This document shows positions 28,301 through 38,351 of a DNA stretch of 64,000 bases, piece by piece. The stretch comes from Alphaproteobacteria bacterium (GTDB taxonomy: Bacteria; Pseudomonadota; Alphaproteobacteria; JACZXZ01). The translations under genes and the position numbers were made by a program. The notes under the pieces are model-generated. The model was not told the origin of the DNA and made no database searches. It saw only the letters and a list, made by a program, of their open reading frames with translations. The first letter of the stretch is position 1; each line of letters opens with the position of its first letter. The stretch spans positions 101-64,100 of the forward strand of contig DATJLQ010000001.1 in NCBI GenBank assembly GCA_035509415.1. The letters are read 5' to 3'.

Positions 28301-29176
28301 TCAGCCGCCGAACATCGGCTCCGGCACGCCGCGCACGCCGACCTCGAGCCTGAAGAGGCTGCCCGCCTCGGGCTCGGCCGCGCGCTGGGCCGCGTCGAGG
28401 GCGAAGGATGCCGAAGTGACGTAGAGACAGTCCAGGCGCTCGCCGCCGAAAGCGCAGCAGGTGGGACAGCTCACCGGCAATTCGACCTCGCGGTCGACCC
28501 GCCCGTCGGGCGCATAGCGCACGATGCGGCCGCCGGCATATTCGGCGTTCCAGAGAAACCCCTCCGCGTCGACGCAGGAGCCATCGGGCCGGCCGCGTCG
28601 GCCCGCAAGGTCGGCGAAGACGCGCCGGTTCGAGATCGCACCCGAGGCGAGGTCGAGATCGAAGGTCCAGATCGCGAAGCGCCGCGTGTCGGCGAAGAAG
28701 AGACGCCGGTCGTCGAGGTCGAAGGCGAGGGAGTTCGGGATTGCGATGCCGCCGAGGACGCGCGCCGCGCGCCCGCTTGGCTCGACGCGATAGAGCGCTC
28801 CCGTGACACCGCGGTCCGCGGCATCCATCGAGCCGACCCAGAAGCGTCCGCGCCGGTCGCACTTCCCGTCATTGAGCCGGTTTCCCGGCCGGTCCGGCTC
28901 GAGCTCGACGAGCGGCGTCGCCTCGCCACGTCCGGGCTCGAAGCCGAGCAGTCCCCGCTCGGTCGCGAGCACGAACCCGCCCGAGGCGCGTAGCGCGATC
29001 GAGCCGAGCGTCTCAGCCGGCACGCGCTCGATCCGATGCTCGCCCGTCGCGGGATCGTAGGATTGGAGCGCCGGGCGCAGGATGTCGACCCACCAGAGGC
29101 GCTTGGTGCGCGCGCACCAGAGGGGCGATTCGCCGAGCCGATCCCGGCTCGGCACGATGCACTCGATGTCGGTCAT
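28301..29176 (-). CDS. SMP-30/gluconolactonase/LRE-family lactonase
   Basis: 291 aa from internal Met (MTDIECIV...), six-bladed beta-propeller motifs. Convergent with the preceding operon. Confidence 0.85.
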   Translation of the reverse strand: MTDIECIVPSRDRLGESPLWCARTKRLWWVDILRPALQSYDPATGEHRIERVPAETLGSIALRASGGFVLATERGLLGFEPGRGEATPLVELEPDRPGNRLNDGKCDRRGRFWVGSMDAADRGVTGALYRVEPSGRAARVLGGIAIPNSLAFDLDDRRLFFADTRRFAIWTFDLDLASGAISNRRVFADLAGRRGRPDGSCVDAEGFLWNAEYAGGRIVRYAPDGRVDREVELPVSCPTCCAFGGERLDCLYVTSASFALDAAQRAAEPEAGSLFRLEVGVRGVPEPMFGG

Positions 29177-29295
29177 GCCGCACGCGGTCCCGGGCGGCGG
29201 GCGCCCCTGCCTCTCTGTGGCCGATCGCGCGCCCGATTGCAACCGCGCGCGGCGTCAGAGCGCCGGAGCCTCCGGCGCGTCAGAGCGTCTTGGCG

Positions 29296-31212
29296 TCAGA
29301 GCGTCCGGGCGAGCACCTCGAACGAGGAGGCGGCGCGGGCATTGGCTTGGGCGGCCAAACGCACCGGCGTGTTGGCGGCGCCGAACAGGTCGTAGTTGCG
29401 CCGCTCGACGATCTCGAAGAAGAAGCGGTCCTCGAAGGTCGCGGTGTAGGCGTGGAAGAACTCGCCGCCGGCCTGGCCGCGGTCGTAGAGCACGTTGAGC
29501 TCGCGCATGCGCTCGAGCGCGGGTGCTGGAATGTCGAAGCGCGCGCCGAGGTCTTCGTAGTAGTTCTTCGGGATGTCGAGGAAGGAGACGCCGCGGTCGC
29601 GCGCGCGCTCGACGAAATCGAGCAGGTTCGCGGTTTCGAGCGCGATCTGCTGGATGCCGGCGCCGCCGAATGCGCCCATGAAGCTCACGGCCGCGGTCGA
29701 TCCGCCCTCGGCGACGTTGAGCGGGATGCGGATCTGGCCGTCGCGCGAGCGCACGACGCGGCTCGAGAGGGCGCCGTAGGGATCGGCGAGCTCGATCTGG
29801 GGCTCGCTCACGAAGCCGAACATGGCCTTGTAGAACAAGAGCCAGGTGAGGAATTCGCCGCGCCGCACGACGTTGGAGAAATGGTCGATGCGCGTGAGCG
29901 GACCCGGCACCGTGGGCCCCAGGGGCACGAAATCGCGCTCCCAGATCGACGGGCCCGAGCGCGCGCCGGGCGCGGGCACGAAATAGATCAGGCTGTTCTC
30001 GATTCCCGCGATCGCCGGGATCAGCGTCTCGCCCTGGCCGATGCGCCCGTAATAGGTGCTCGAGCCGAGCGCGTTGGCGCGCTCGAGCGCGCGCTCCGGC
30101 TCGTCGAAGCGCAGCGCCATGGCGCACACCGAGGTCCCGTGCACCAAAAAGAAGGAATGGGCGAAGCTGTCGGTCTCGCGGTTGACCACGATGTTAACGT
30201 CGTTCTGGCGGTAGAGATCGATGTCCTTGCTGCGATGATGGCCCGCGCGCGCGAAGCCGAGCCCCTCGAGAAGCTTGGCGAGCCGCCCGGCCTCCTTGCC
30301 GCCCGAGGCGAACTCGACGAACTCGATGCCGCGGACCTGGGCGGGTGGCGGCATCGGCGCCCCCGACGGCGTCGCCGGCACCGTCACGGACGGATGCGCG
30401 CGCCGCAGCGCCTCGCCGCACAGCTCGAGCGAGCGCATGCCGTCGAGGGCGATGCCCGAGACCGAGGCGCCGCGGAACTGGTCGTTGAAGATCACGAGCG
30501 AAACCGGCCCGCTGTAGCCCGTGCGCACGACCGCCTCGAGGAACGGCTCGATCGGCCAGTCGCCCTGGCCGGGAAAGCAGCGGTGATGCCGGCTCAAGGA
30601 CATCGGGTCCATCACCAGCGCCGGCGCGTCCGCGATTTGGACCAGCGCGATGCGGTCGCCCGGCAACGACGAGATCGTCTCGATCGGGCCGTTGCGCACC
30701 AAAGTGTGGAAGCTGTCGAGCACGAGGCCGAGATTGGGCCGGTCGGCGAGACGCACGATGTCCCACGCCTGGGTCCATTCGCGCACGTGGGTGCCCCAGG
30801 CGAGCGCCTGGTAGCCGATGCGCAGCCCGCGCGCCTGGGCGCGGTCGGCGAGCAGCGCCAGGTCCGCGGCGGCGCGCTCCACCCCGTCGAGCGCCTCGGG
30901 TGCGACGTTCGAGCACACGCAGAGAAGCCGCGTGCCGAGCTCGTCCATCAGGTCGAGCTTGCGGCTCGCGCGCTCGAGGTTGCGCGCGCGTTGCGGCTCG
31001 GGCATGGCCTCGAAGTCGCGCAGCGGCTGGAGGGCCACGATCTCGAGCCCGAGGCCCTCGGCCATGCGGCGCACGTCGCGCGGCGAGCCGTTGAAGAAGG
31101 TCAGGTCGTTCTCGAACAGCTCGACGGCGCGGAAGCCGGCCTTGGCGACCGCCATCAGCTTGGCCTCGAGGGTCCCGCCCAGGGACGCCGTCGAGATCGA
31201 CCATTTGAGCAT
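29296..31212 (-). CDS. quiC: 3-dehydroshikimate dehydratase, fused QuiC1 type (sugar-phosphate isomerase/TIM-barrel N-domain + HPPD/VOC-like C-domain)
   Basis: 638 aa. The N-terminal 280 aa are xylose-isomerase-like TIM barrel (AsbF-like). The C-terminal 350 aa are 4-hydroxyphenylpyruvate-dioxygenase-like. Same architecture as Pseudomonas QuiC1. Confidence 0.8.
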   Translation of the reverse strand: MLKWSISTASLGGTLEAKLMAVAKAGFRAVELFENDLTFFNGSPRDVRRMAEGLGLEIVALQPLRDFEAMPEPQRARNLERASRKLDLMDELGTRLLCVCSNVAPEALDGVERAAADLALLADRAQARGLRIGYQALAWGTHVREWTQAWDIVRLADRPNLGLVLDSFHTLVRNGPIETISSLPGDRIALVQIADAPALVMDPMSLSRHHRCFPGQGDWPIEPFLEAVVRTGYSGPVSLVIFNDQFRGASVSGIALDGMRSLELCGEALRRAHPSVTVPATPSGAPMPPPAQVRGIEFVEFASGGKEAGRLAKLLEGLGFARAGHHRSKDIDLYRQNDVNIVVNRETDSFAHSFFLVHGTSVCAMALRFDEPERALERANALGSSTYYGRIGQGETLIPAIAGIENSLIYFVPAPGARSGPSIWERDFVPLGPTVPGPLTRIDHFSNVVRRGEFLTWLLFYKAMFGFVSEPQIELADPYGALSSRVVRSRDGQIRIPLNVAEGGSTAAVSFMGAFGGAGIQQIALETANLLDFVERARDRGVSFLDIPKNYYEDLGARFDIPAPALERMRELNVLYDRGQAGGEFFHAYTATFEDRFFFEIVERRNYDLFGAANTPVRLAAQANARAASSFEVLARTL

Positions 31213-31219
31213 TGCAGTA

Positions 31220-31298
31220 ATCTCCTATATTTCGGAGATAATCATATAACTACGCAATTTGAAAATAAAGCGGATTTGACGTAGGGTCGCCGGGCGAC
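31220..31298. promoter_or_regulatory. quiC/gntR divergent control region with palindromes and AT-rich box
   Basis: ATCTCC-N8-GGAGAT (31220-31239). AT-rich AATCATATAACT (-10-like for both directions). GTCGCCgGGCGAC palindrome (31286-31298). Confidence 0.35.
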
Positions 31299-31321
31299 TC
31301 TTTCCGAGCGGATGGGCGGCA

Positions 31322-32071
31322 ATGAGCGACGGAGCGGAACGGGCTGCCGGTTCGGCGACGCTGACGGAGGCGCTCCAGGAGCGTATCCGCCAGGATATCA
31401 TCTTGGGCGCGCTCGAGCCAGGCGCCAAGCTCCGGCTCGAGCGTCTGCGCAAGATTTACGGCGCGAGCGTCAACACGCTGCGCGAGACGCTCTCGCGCCT
31501 CGCCTCGGAGGGGCTGGTCGTGGCCGAGGGCCAACGCGGCTTCGCGGTGCTGCCGGTCTCGCTCGAGGATTTGCGCGACATCACCTACATGCGCCAGCTT
31601 CTCGAGTGCCATGCGCTCCGGGTCTCGATCGAGCATGCCGACCTCGACTGGGAGGCGCGCGTGGTGGGCGCCTACCACAAGCTTTCCAAGATCGACAACC
31701 TGGTCGAGGATCGCCCCGACGAATTCGGCGACGCGTGGGAGAAGTACAATCAGGAATTCCACGAGGCGCTGATCTCGAATTGCGGCTCGCGTTGGCTCGC
31801 GTTGTTCCACCGGGCCATGTACGACCACAGCCGGCGCTACCGCATGCTCTCGCTCAAGACCAAGCCGTTCCCGCGCTCGCAATCGGCCGAGGAGCACAAG
31901 GCTATTCTCGAGGCCGCGATCGCGCGCGACGCGGACCGGGCTTGCGCGATCCTCCAGGCTCACATCCTCAAGGGTGCCGATCTCGATCAGCCCGGCGAAG
32001 TGGCGGCCAAGGCGCAAAAGCGCGGCGCCGCGCGCCGGCGCCAGGGCAACGCGAGTGCCAAGCAGAAATAG
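31322..32071 (+). CDS. GntR-family (FadR/FCD subfamily) transcriptional regulator
   Basis: 249 aa with N-terminal wHTH (LRLERLRKIYGASVNTLRETLSRLASEGLV) and C-terminal FCD domain. Divergent from quiC. Confidence 0.9.
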   Translation: MSDGAERAAGSATLTEALQERIRQDIILGALEPGAKLRLERLRKIYGASVNTLRETLSRLASEGLVVAEGQRGFAVLPVSLEDLRDITYMRQLLECHALRVSIEHADLDWEARVVGAYHKLSKIDNLVEDRPDEFGDAWEKYNQEFHEALISNCGSRWLALFHRAMYDHSRRYRMLSLKTKPFPRSQSAEEHKAILEAAIARDADRACAILQAHILKGADLDQPGEVAAKAQKRGAARRRQGNASAKQK

Positions 32072-32098
32072 CGCCGCGCCGAGGAGCGCCGTCCGCGC

Positions 32099-33859
32099 TC
32101 ACACGGTCGCGACGTGGGAAATGCCCTTTCCCGGCGAATAGATGTCCAGAATGTTCCAGTGGCCGGCGGTCGGCGTCGGGTTGTTGACCATCGCGACGTC
32201 GATCACCGAAGGCCGGCCCGAAGCGATCGCCTCCGCGAGCGCGGGCTTGAACTCGGACGCCTTGCGGATGCGGATGCCGTGGACGCCGTAGCCGCGCGCG
32301 ATCGCGGCATAGTCGGGCATGAAGGGCCCGCCCGTCTCCGGGAAGGTCGTGCCGTAGGTCAGGCCGAAATGCGCCTTCTGCAGGCCCGCGATCGTGCCGA
32401 AGGCGTTGTTGTTCATGACCACCCAGATCACCGCGAGATTTTCCTCGGCCGCGGTCGCGAGCGTCGCGGGGTTCTGGCCGAAGCCGCCGTCGCCGACGAG
32501 CGAGACCACCACCCGGTCCGGCCGCGCGATCTTGGCGCCGAGCGCCGCGGGCGGGCCGAATCCCATGGTCGCGTAGCCGCCGGGGGTCAAGATGCTGCCG
32601 GGCGTATAGATGGGGAATTGCTGGCCGACGCCGTTCTTGTTCCAGCCCACGTCGGTCGTGACGATGGCGTCGCGCGGCAGCACCTCGCGCACTTCGGCGA
32701 GGATGCGCTCGGGCATCATCGGGAACGCCTCGCTCCGCACCATCTCGAGATTGGCCCGACGCTGCTCGGCGCGATAGGCCGCGATCTCGCGCTCGAGCGC
32801 CTCGTTGCGGCGCGCGCGCGGCACGAGCTCGCGCGCGATCCGGTTGAGCGTCTTGAGCGCCTGCTTCAAGTCCGCGACCGCGCCGATCGCGGTCGGGAAA
32901 TTGCGCCCGATCTCGCTCGGCTCGATGTCGATGTGGATGAGCTTCGAGGGCGGGAAGCTGAAGGTGTATTTGGGCTCCCAGGAGCTGCTGTCGGCCTCCT
33001 TGAAGCGCGTGCCGAGGCCGAGCATCCAATCGGCGCCGAGGCACTTCGCGTTGATGAACTTGGTACCCCAGAAGCCGGTCATGCCGAGGACGAGCGGATG
33101 GTCGTCGGGCAAGGCGCCCTTGCCCATGAGGCTGTGGGCGACCGGGATCGCGAGATGGTCGACCAAGGCGCGTAGCTCCTCCGCCGCCTGGGCCAGCACG
33201 ACGCCGCCGCCGACATAGATCACCGGCCGCTTCGCCGCGGCGAGCGTGCGCACGATCTCGGCCGCGACCGCGGCGTCGATGTCCGGCTTCGCGATCGACT
33301 TCGCGTTGAGGGCCAGCCGGTCGAAGCGCTCGACGTCCACCTCGCGCGAGAAAATGTCCATCGGCACGTCGACCAGGACCGGTCCCGGCTGACCCGATTC
33401 CGCGAGCTGGAACGCCTTCTCGATGATCTCGGGGAACAGCTCCGGGCTCTCGACGCGCCAGGCGCGCTTCACGAACGGGCGATAGATCTCGAACTGGGTC
33501 GCGTCGCCGTGGAGGTTGACCTCCTGGTGCGGATGCTTGCCGTAGTAATGGCTCGGGATGTCGCCCGCGATCACCACCATGGGAATGCAGTCGAGGGCCG
33601 CGTTGGCGACCCCGGTCGCGGCGTTGGTCAGGCCCGGGCCGAGATGGGTCAGGAGCACCGAGGCCTTCCCGGTCACGCGCGCGTAGCCGTCGGCGGCGTG
33701 CGCCGCGATCTGCTCGTGCCGCACGGTGACGAACTGGATCTTGCTGTTCGCCATCGCCGAGAGCACCGCGATGTTGGTGTGGCCGCACAGCCCGAAGACG
33801 TGGGTGATGCCGCGGCCTTCGAGGTAGCGGACCAGCTGATGGGAGACGAGATCGCGCAT
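32099..33859 (-). CDS. Thiamine-diphosphate-dependent enzyme (acetolactate-synthase-like; sulfoacetaldehyde acetyltransferase / oxo-acid lyase-type candidate)
   Basis: 586 aa from internal Met (MRDLVSHQL...) of the 1101-aa fused ORF. TPP motif GDGGFGQN-X22-NNNAFG and a central FAD/ADP-like domain. Confidence 0.85.
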   Translation of the reverse strand: MRDLVSHQLVRYLEGRGITHVFGLCGHTNIAVLSAMANSKIQFVTVRHEQIAAHAADGYARVTGKASVLLTHLGPGLTNAATGVANAALDCIPMVVIAGDIPSHYYGKHPHQEVNLHGDATQFEIYRPFVKRAWRVESPELFPEIIEKAFQLAESGQPGPVLVDVPMDIFSREVDVERFDRLALNAKSIAKPDIDAAVAAEIVRTLAAAKRPVIYVGGGVVLAQAAEELRALVDHLAIPVAHSLMGKGALPDDHPLVLGMTGFWGTKFINAKCLGADWMLGLGTRFKEADSSSWEPKYTFSFPPSKLIHIDIEPSEIGRNFPTAIGAVADLKQALKTLNRIARELVPRARRNEALEREIAAYRAEQRRANLEMVRSEAFPMMPERILAEVREVLPRDAIVTTDVGWNKNGVGQQFPIYTPGSILTPGGYATMGFGPPAALGAKIARPDRVVVSLVGDGGFGQNPATLATAAEENLAVIWVVMNNNAFGTIAGLQKAHFGLTYGTTFPETGGPFMPDYAAIARGYGVHGIRIRKASEFKPALAEAIASGRPSVIDVAMVNNPTPTAGHWNILDIYSPGKGISHVATV

Positions 33860-33900
33860 GGGATCCTCGCAATCGGTGCGCGCCGAGGCGCGCCCCGCGA

Positions 33901-35307
33901 CTAAAGAGCGTCGGTGCCGAAGAACTCGCCGAACAGCTCCTGCTCCGTCGGCCGGTCCTCGGCGATCGGTCGGCTGACCCAGGTGACGTTCATGTAGTGG
34001 CGCAGGTTGATGTTCTCGTTGGTGATGTTGCCGCCCCAGATGCCGCAGCCGAGGCTCGAGGTCATCGGCATGCCGTTGTTGAAGGCGCCCGCGTTCGCCT
34101 TCGACTGGGGTTGGCGCACCATGATGCGGCTGACCGGGGCCACGCGCGCGAGCCGGTCGACATGGTCGTCGTCGAACGAGTAGATGCCGCACGAGTGGCC
34201 CTTGCCGCCGACCTCGTAGATATCGTGCACCATCTGGAGCGCTTCGTCGAAGGTCCGGTACTTGAAGACCGCGAGCACGACGCACAGCTTCTCGCTCGAG
34301 AACCGGTGCTGCTTGCCGATCGCGTCCTGGCGTACGAACAGGAACACGCGGTCGGCCGGAATCGCGAAGCCGGCGCGCTCGGCGATGCGTTGCGCGGAGA
34401 TCGCGATGGTGTCGGGCCGGCGATGGCCCTCCTCGTCCCACAGCGCCTTCTCGAGCAGCGCCTTTTCGCGCTCGTCGCAGAGGTAGCCGCCCTCCTTCTG
34501 GAGCTGCGCGATCATCGCGTCGTAGAGCTTGGCGTCGACCAGCATGTTGCCGTCCGCCGAGCAGCCCGAGCCGAAATCGGAGGTCTTGCTGATGCGCGTG
34601 TTGCGCGCCGCATCCGCCACGTCCGCGGTCTCGTCGACCAGGACGGTCGAGTTCCCGGCCCCGACCCCGAAGGCGGGCCGGCCCGAGCTGTAGGCGGCCT
34701 CGACCATGGGCCGTCCGCCGGTCGCCATGGTAAGGTCGCAGGTCGACATCAGCTCGGCCGTGAGCGGGATGCTGGGCTTCCACACGCATTGGAACAGGTC
34801 CTCGGGGGCGCCCAGGCTCTTGAGCGTCTTGCGCATCACCTCGACCATCTCGTAGGTCGTCTGCCGGCTGCGCGGGTGCGGCGAGAAGATCACCGCGTCC
34901 TTGCATTTGAGCGCGTAGATCGCGGTCACCGGCGGCGTGAGCTCGGGATTGGTGGTCGGCACCAGCGAGACGATCACGCCCGCGGGCTTCGCGTACTTGA
35001 CCAGCCCTTTGGCTTCGTCGACCTCGATCACGCCCATGCTTTTCTGGCGCAACGCGTCGCGCAGCACGCCCTGGATCTTGAAGCGCTTGGCGCCGCGGCC
35101 GGCGCGGTCGCCGATGCCGCTCTCGTCGACGCCCATCTGGGCGATGCGCAGGAAGGTCTTCTCGTTGCCGGTCGCCCAGCCGATCGCCCGGCACAGCCGG
35201 TCGATCCGGGCCTGATCGTAATCCGCGACCGCGGCCATTGCCGCGCGCGCCTTGGCGAGAAGCTCGTGCGCGAGCACCCGCTCCTCGGGCGTGATGTCCC
35301 TGGCCAT
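33901..35307 (-). CDS. Aldehyde dehydrogenase, CoA-acylating type (EutE/PduP/SauS/SucD-like)
   Basis: 468 aa, ALDH superfamily, of the short (~470 aa) acylating subclass. Catalytic Cys in SDFGSGCSADGN. Confidence 0.75.
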   Translation of the reverse strand: MARDITPEERVLAHELLAKARAAMAAVADYDQARIDRLCRAIGWATGNEKTFLRIAQMGVDESGIGDRAGRGAKRFKIQGVLRDALRQKSMGVIEVDEAKGLVKYAKPAGVIVSLVPTTNPELTPPVTAIYALKCKDAVIFSPHPRSRQTTYEMVEVMRKTLKSLGAPEDLFQCVWKPSIPLTAELMSTCDLTMATGGRPMVEAAYSSGRPAFGVGAGNSTVLVDETADVADAARNTRISKTSDFGSGCSADGNMLVDAKLYDAMIAQLQKEGGYLCDEREKALLEKALWDEEGHRRPDTIAISAQRIAERAGFAIPADRVFLFVRQDAIGKQHRFSSEKLCVVLAVFKYRTFDEALQMVHDIYEVGGKGHSCGIYSFDDDHVDRLARVAPVSRIMVRQPQSKANAGAFNNGMPMTSSLGCGIWGGNITNENINLRHYMNVTWVSRPIAEDRPTEQELFGEFFGTDAL

Positions 35308-35355
35308 GATCGACGCGTCCTCCGCTCGATGCCGCCGACGCGGCGGCGGCGCGCG

Positions 35356-35739
35356 CTAGCGGGTCGGCAGGAATCCGGGCGGCGCGTAGCACCACAGCAG
35401 CCACAACGGCTCGTTGCCGTCGTTGTAGTGGACGTGCGCGTTGCCGGCGGGGATGAAGATCCAGTCGTTCTGCTTGAAGCGCATCTCGGTGCCGGCGGTG
35501 CGGTCGTAGGCGATGCCGCCGCCGCGGATCGCGACGTTGATTTCCTCGGAGCCCGGGTGATTGTGCTCGGCGCAGCGCTCGCCGGGCTCGAACACGGTCA
35601 GGCCGGCAACCATCTGCGAAGCGCCCACGCGGTCCTTGTCGATGAGCCTGAAGACCTTGCGCCGCAACCCCTCCTCGCCGAGGCCGAGCCAGATTTCCTT
35701 GGCGTCCTTGAAGGGGTCGAGGATTTGAATCTTGTTCAT
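35356..35739 (-). CDS. Cupin-domain protein (cupin_2), small
   Basis: 127 aa with metal-binding His motif HNHPGSEE...H. First gene of the cupin-ALDH-TPP operon. Confidence 0.8.
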   Translation of the reverse strand: MNKIQILDPFKDAKEIWLGLGEEGLRRKVFRLIDKDRVGASQMVAGLTVFEPGERCAEHNHPGSEEINVAIRGGGIAYDRTAGTEMRFKQNDWIFIPAGNAHVHYNDGNEPLWLLWCYAPPGFLPTR

Positions 35740-35837
35740 CGAGGTTCCTCCCTGACGCGCGCGGCGCCTCTTCTCGGGTTCCGATCGCCGCGCGGCCGCA
35801 TTACCGCCGATCGGCCCGCGCGCCGCAATCGATGGAG

Positions 35838-35889
35838 CGTAAACATCCTATGTTTCGCGTTTACGCCAAAAATGTACCATTTTGTACAT
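35838..35889. promoter_or_regulatory. Operator-like palindromes upstream of the cupin operon
   Basis: Nested palindromes CGTAAAC-N14-GTTTACG and AAACAT-cct-ATGTTT (35838-35865). ATGTAC-N6-GTACAT with A/T flanks (35872-35889). An AT-rich ATCATATAT box follows at about 35911. Confidence 0.45.
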
Positions 35890-36019
35890 CTCGGCGCCGA
35901 ACCGTGTCAATGGCAGGAACATCATATATTTTTCGAAATATGGAAAAGCATTCGGAATCCGTCGCGTACGCGACGCGGCGCGTCGGCGCCCGGGCCAAGC
36001 CGGCCCGGAGTCGCAACCG

Positions 36020-37210
36020 CTAGCGGCCCGCGCCGAGCACGCCGATCCGCACCAGCTCGTCGATCTCGCTGCGCTCGAGACCGAGCTCCTCGGCAACCGC
36101 CTTGCTGTGCTCACCCGCGCGCGGCACGTCGAGACGCCGGCCCAAGCGCGCGCCGCCGAGCTCGAGCGGCAACGCCGGAAGCCGCGTGGATCCGCCGTCG
36201 GGCAGGCTCACCTCGATCATGGCCCCTTGCGTGTCGAGCTGCGGGTCGTCGAACAATTCGTCCGGCCGCGCGATGGGCGCGAACGGCAGCCCGACGCGCT
36301 CGCATTTCCGCGCGATCTCGGCGCGGCTCATGGTCTTGAACAGCGTGCGCAAGTGCGGGATCAGCCGCTCGCGCGCGGCGACGCGTCGATTGTTCGTGGC
36401 GAGCGCCGCGTCGGCCGCGAGGTCGGCCGCGTCGAACTCGCCGCAGAAGGCGCGCCACTGGGTGTCGGTGACGACGCCGACGAAAATCTGCAGCGCGTCC
36501 GCGGTATCGAACACGTCGTAGACGCCCCAGGCGGAGATGCGCGCGGGCATCGGCTGGGCCGGCTGGCCGGTCACGGCATATTGCGCCATCGAGGTCGAGA
36601 CCAGGAACGCGACGTTCTCGAACAACGCGCTCCTGACGCATTGGCCGCGCCCGGTCCGGTCGCGCTCGCGCAACGCCGCGAGCACGCCGATCGCGGCGAA
36701 CAGGCCGCCCATCATGTCGTTGACCGGCGCACCGGCGCGTAGCGGCCGGCCCGGCGGCCCGGTCATGTAGGCGAGGCCGCCCATCATCTGCACCACCTCG
36801 TCGAGGGCGGCGCGATGCTCGTAGGGGCCGGAGAGGAATCCCTTGAGCGAGCAATAGACGAGGCGCGGGTTGAGCGGCTCGAGGGTCTCATAGCCCAGGC
36901 CCATCGCGTCCATCGCCCCGGGCCGGAAATTCTCGATCAGCACGTCGGCGCGCGCGATCAGCCGGCGCGCGAGATCGAGCCCGCGCGGCGCTTTCATGTC
37001 GAGCGCCAAGCTGCGCTTGTTGCGGTTGAAGCTGATGAAGAATCCGGCACCCGAGCCCGGGAGATTCCGCGTGTTGTCGCCGCCCTTGGCGGGCTCGACC
37101 TTGACCACGTCGGCACCCAGGTCCGCGAGGACCAGGCCGCAGCTCGGGCCCATCACCATATGGGAGAATTCCACCACGCGCACGCCGTCGAGGGGAAGGC
37201 GCGTCGTCAT
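36020..37210 (-). CDS. CaiB/BaiF-family (class III) CoA-transferase
   Basis: 396 aa from internal Met (MTTRLPLDGVRVVEFSHMVMGP...) with the class III CoA-transferase signature. Confidence 0.9.
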   Translation of the reverse strand: MTTRLPLDGVRVVEFSHMVMGPSCGLVLADLGADVVKVEPAKGGDNTRNLPGSGAGFFISFNRNKRSLALDMKAPRGLDLARRLIARADVLIENFRPGAMDAMGLGYETLEPLNPRLVYCSLKGFLSGPYEHRAALDEVVQMMGGLAYMTGPPGRPLRAGAPVNDMMGGLFAAIGVLAALRERDRTGRGQCVRSALFENVAFLVSTSMAQYAVTGQPAQPMPARISAWGVYDVFDTADALQIFVGVVTDTQWRAFCGEFDAADLAADAALATNNRRVAARERLIPHLRTLFKTMSRAEIARKCERVGLPFAPIARPDELFDDPQLDTQGAMIEVSLPDGGSTRLPALPLELGGARLGRRLDVPRAGEHSKAVAEELGLERSEIDELVRIGVLGAGR

Positions 37211-37253
37211 GCGGGTCGCTTCGTCATGCCGGGCGCGTTCCCATGCCGGCGCG

Positions 37254-38201
37254 TTACGCCGGGTGCGGAGTCGTATGGGCGAATCCCTTCGGCAGGCCCG
37301 CGTCGGAGACGAAGCCGTAGATCGGCTCGTCCGGCAGCGACGCGGCGAGCAGCCTGCGCGCGGCGAACAGCGCGTCGAAGTCGATGCCGGTCCTGAGCCC
37401 CATGGATTCGAGGAGGAAGACGAGATCCTCGGTGACGATGTTGCCGCTCGCCCCCGGCGCATAGGGGCAGCCGCCGATCCCGCCTTGGGACGAATCGAAG
37501 GTCCGCACGCCGACCTCGAGCGCCGCCACGACGTTGGCGAGCCCTTGGCCGCGCGTGTTGTGGAGATGGGCACCCCCGGTCCGCTCGCCGATCGCGGCGC
37601 GCACCGCGGTGAACAGGCGCCGCACCTGGACCGGGTTGGCATAGCCCACCGTGTCCGCGAGATTGACCGAATCGACGCCCGCCTCGGCCATGGCGAGTGC
37701 GAGGCGCACGGTGTCGCTTTCCGGCACCACGCCCTGGATGGTGCAGCCGAACGCGGTCGAGAGCCCGGTTTCGACCTTGACGCTCGGGTAGCGCTCGTTG
37801 CGCAAGGCGACGATCGCCTTCACCTCGGCCAGCATCTGCTCGTGGGTCATGCGCACGTTGCGCATGAGATGCGCGGCACTCACCGAGACCGGGATCGTGA
37901 TCATGTGCGCGCCGGCCTCGAGCGCGAGGCGCGCATATTTGAGGTTCGGCACCAGGACCGCGACGCGCAGGCGCGGGATGGTCAGCGCATGGGCCACGAC
38001 CGCGCCGATATCGGCCATCTGCGGCAAGATCTTGGGCGAGACGAACGAGCCGACTTCGATTTCGCGGAGGCCGGCCGCCGCGAGCGCCGAGATCCAGCGA
38101 TTCTTGTCCTCGGTCCGCATGGCGTGCTTGGCGCTTTGCAGGCCGTCGCGCGGGCCGACCTCGCTCACCAGGACGTCGATGTCGCTGTCGCTGCCGGTCA
38201 T
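37254..38201 (-). CDS. HMG-CoA-lyase-like (DRE-TIM metallolyase) family protein
   Basis: 316 aa from internal Met (MTGSDSDIDVLVSEVGPRDGLQS...). DRE-TIM motifs PRDGLQ and GGCPYAPGASGN. Confidence 0.85.
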   Translation of the reverse strand: MTGSDSDIDVLVSEVGPRDGLQSAKHAMRTEDKNRWISALAAAGLREIEVGSFVSPKILPQMADIGAVVAHALTIPRLRVAVLVPNLKYARLALEAGAHMITIPVSVSAAHLMRNVRMTHEQMLAEVKAIVALRNERYPSVKVETGLSTAFGCTIQGVVPESDTVRLALAMAEAGVDSVNLADTVGYANPVQVRRLFTAVRAAIGERTGGAHLHNTRGQGLANVVAALEVGVRTFDSSQGGIGGCPYAPGASGNIVTEDLVFLLESMGLRTGIDFDALFAARRLLAASLPDEPIYGFVSDAGLPKGFAHTTPHPA

Positions 38202-38351
38202 GGCCGATCTCCTCGCGCTCGCGCCGGCCGCGCGCGGCCGACGCCGCCTTGCCATGTCGCGCCGAAATCGCGCGCGGCGCCGCGTGCGGAGCCGTGATTG
38301 ATAATCTCGGGTCGGTTGACTGTCAACTCGCGGCCAAGTGCGCGCGGCTCC

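Noticed and set aside
32099-35404. 1101-aa fused ORF
   Set aside because: Only the C-terminal 586 aa (from MRDLVSHQ..., 33859) form the TPP enzyme. The remainder overlaps the separately framed ALDH gene (33901..35307) in another frame.
35832-36114. Small ORFs (63 aa plus strand, 88 aa minus strand) in the cupin-operon promoter region
   Set aside because: No homology-like features. The region is dominated by operator palindromes and an AT-rich promoter box, so it more likely regulatory DNA.
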